Positions 63,001-64,000 of a DNA stretch of 64,000 nucleotides are shown here, in pieces. Origin of the DNA: Phoronis australis (lineage: Eukaryota; Animalia; Phoronida); the NCBI GenBank assembly GCA_002633005.1, contig NMRA01000951.1, forward strand, positions 25,947 to 89,946, read 5' to 3'. Made by a program: the position numbers and the translations under genes. Positions within the stretch are counted from its first letter, which is position 1. Each line of letters begins with the position of its first letter. Below the pieces are notes generated by a model. That model was not told the origin of the DNA and searched no databases. It worked only from the letters and a program-made list of their open reading frames with translations.

Positions 63001-64000
63001 AGGAATGTGTTTCTACCTGTAAACATTACAATTACATTTAAAGCGTATGAGTAACTAAGTCCACTTTGTCATTCAGGTCCAAAGACAACTCAGACTTCTT
63101 ACAGTCATGGACGCCTTCCGCCTACACAGCTTTCAAGGCCCTGATGTCTGCCAGACTGTGCTCAGCAATATGGATGCACATTAGTGATTGTGATGAAACC
63201 TTTAATTACTGGGAGCCGGTATGTTGTTTAGGTTAACCTTGGCTGGTAGTGAGTATGATGTGTGTTTAGGTTAACCTGAGATGGTAGTGAGTATGGTGTG
63301 TGTTTAGGTTAACCTGGGATGGTAGTGAGTATGATGTGTGTTAAGGTTAACCTGGGATGGTAGTGAGTATGATGTGTGTTTAGGTTAACCTGGGAAGGTA
63401 GTGGGTATGATGTGTGTTTAGGTTAACCTGGGATGGTAGTGAGTATGATGTGTGTTAAGGTTAACCTGAGATGGTAGTGAGTATGATGTGTGTTTAGGTT
63501 AACCTGGGATGGTAGTGAGTATGTTGTGTGTTTAGGTTAACCTGGATGGTAGTGGCTATTGTGTGTGTTTAGGTTAAGCTGGATGGTAATGGGTATGATA
63601 TGTGTTTAGGTTAACCTGACTGGAAGTGGATATGCTGTGTGTTTAGATTAACATGGCTGATAGTGTGTATATGTTCAGGTTAACATGCATTTCATGCGTG
63701 CTTCCTTCTTCATTCTAATGTTGTTATAGTCTGGTACAAACTCTGGTAATGCACATGTCAGTACATGAAATATTAATGTCATATGTCGTACTCTGTTTTT
63801 TCTTCTGTCACAGGGTTTTACCGGTTTCAGCCTGAATGGATTTTGTAATTATGTCAAAGTTTTTTTAGAAACCATCATTTCTTGTTTAATTTTGCCCGTT
63901 TATACTCTGTATCCATTTCAGGCCCATTTTCTGATGTACGGTAAAGGGTTCCAGACATGGGAATACTCGCCTGTGTATGCTATCCGTTCCTATGCATATC
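60009..64000 (+). CDS. ALG9: Alpha-1,2-mannosyltransferase ALG9, 5' part (continues past the window end)
   Basis: Exons 60009-60079, 63077-63218 and 63922 onward join in phase: ...WTPSAYTAFKALMSARLCSAIWMHISDCDETFNYWEP|AHFLMYGKGFQTWEYSPVYAIRSYAY, the ALG9/GT22 signature. Exons 2 and 3 are absent from the ORF track. Confidence 0.93.
61714..61996. mobile_element. MITE with 42-bp inverted repeats in ALG9 intron 1
   Basis: ttaaaaaccagacgatcgctgcacaaatgaagaagttcatga (61714-61755) and its reverse complement at 61955-61996, with 2 mismatches. Confidence 0.8.
63219..63685. repeat. ~38-bp minisatellite, ~12 copies, starting at the ALG9 exon 2 donor
   Basis: (gtgtgtttaggttaacctgggatggtagtgagtatgat)n, with an internal palindrome aggttaacct. 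Confidence 0.95.

Noticed and set aside
63219-63685. 38-bp repeats as CRISPR or telomeric sequence
   Set aside because: No unique spacers, and TTAGG occurs at most once per unit; this is an ordinary minisatellite.

Overview
Eukaryotic DNA from an invertebrate animal: AT-rich, GT-AG introns, many MITEs and one 512-N gap. Reading splice junctions by hand gives six protein-coding genes. (1) AGFG1/drongo-like ArfGAP with FG/NPF repeats (minus, 17042-4464), head-to-head with (2) a C6orf163-like coiled-coil gene (plus, 17371-25731). (3) LIPT2 (minus, 28824-26749). (4) A ~1580-aa protein that fuses a GlnD/GlnE/DUF294-type nucleotidyltransferase and its helical substrate-binding domain to about 20 43-aa TPR repeats (minus, 41440-35065, nearly all in one 4.7-kb exon inside a MITE-rich interval). 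(5) PLBD2 (minus, 59812-47949), head-to-head with (6) ALG9 (plus, 60009 to beyond the window end). The NTase-TPR gene is the best candidate for an uncharacterised system, possibly a sensor-effector nucleotidylating receptor. Other highlights are an LTR with an exact 18-nt tRNA-Lys PBS followed by a fold-back copy, which looks like a captured strong-stop reverse-transcription intermediate; tandem duplications anchored on splice sites; a Penelope fragment with a hammerhead-like motif; and tandem TFEB/MITF-type boxes in the PLBD2/ALG9 promoter. All gene models and homologies come from reading the sequence and recalled family motifs; no database search was run.
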